Source: Podarcis tiliguerta (Eukaryota). Taken from it: a DNA stretch of 64,000 nucleotides. Of the stretch, positions 63,564 through 64,000 are shown piece by piece (position 1 is the first letter of the stretch; the number at the start of each line of letters is the position of its first letter). Below the pieces are notes generated by a model that was not told the DNA's origin, ran no database searches, and worked only from the letters and a program-made list of their open reading frames with translations. Made by a program: the position numbers and the translations under genes. The DNA lies in the NCBI GenBank assembly GCA_965153285.1, contig OZ229129.1; one strand, given 5' to 3'.

Positions 63564-64000
63564 CTCTACAGCACATACAGAAACTACTTCTTGACCCTTG
63601 GACCCACTCTTGGTCTTGTCCACTCAATCCACCAGATCCTGTCTTTGCATGCAGGAGAAGTCCCTAATTCACTGAGGGTTTGAGACCCATCAACTACCCT
63701 CTCTTAATTTGGCTAGCCAGTCAAAGCCATTTCCTGGGACATGGCCACTGTCGCATGCTGACAGCTTTGAGGAGCCACAGATGAGAATTGAGTGCAGGGC
63801 GGGGGAGGTGGACAAATTACCCCAGAAGGAGGACAACATGTCTACCACAAGAGGTACTACATGTCCCCTAACACCCCAGGCAGTATGCTTTTTAATACCA
63901 GTTGCTAGAAACTTCTGAAGGAGAAAGTGCTGCTGTGCTCCTGTCCCATTTGCAGGCTTTCCACTAAGGCACCTGATTAGTCATTGCAAAAAGAGGATGT

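Overview
This is a eukaryotic window from a squamate reptile, probably a lacertid lizard judging by the Sauria SINEs and companion repeat families. It holds two protein-coding genes in tandem on the minus strand. The first is the 3' part of PNPLA7 (NTE-related esterase): 11 exons from 57867 down to the stop at 26556, all with GT-AG splice sites and consistent phases, totalling 1263 nt (420 aa + stop) and covering the whole patatin catalytic domain. The second is NSMF (Jacob/NELF): its CpG-island promoter and first coding exon (13765-13835), followed by an intron 1 of at least 13.7 kb that runs off the left edge. Most of the rest is intronic or intergenic DNA dense in transposable elements: Sauria SINE, tRNA-Ala-derived and MIR-like SINEs, L1, L2, CR1, BovB/RTE, hAT and Tc1/mariner MITEs. 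Many are nested and have readable target-site duplications (TSDs). There are also microsatellites and one 200-N assembly gap. Almost all ORFs in the supplied track are spurious. I find no well-supported wholly new biological system. The best leads are regulatory: a uORF/AUGA cassette in the NSMF leader, a splice acceptor built from a microsatellite, an orphan CpG island between the genes, a perfect CTCF site, Hox/PBX/MEIS motif clusters and an antisense microexon-like signature.
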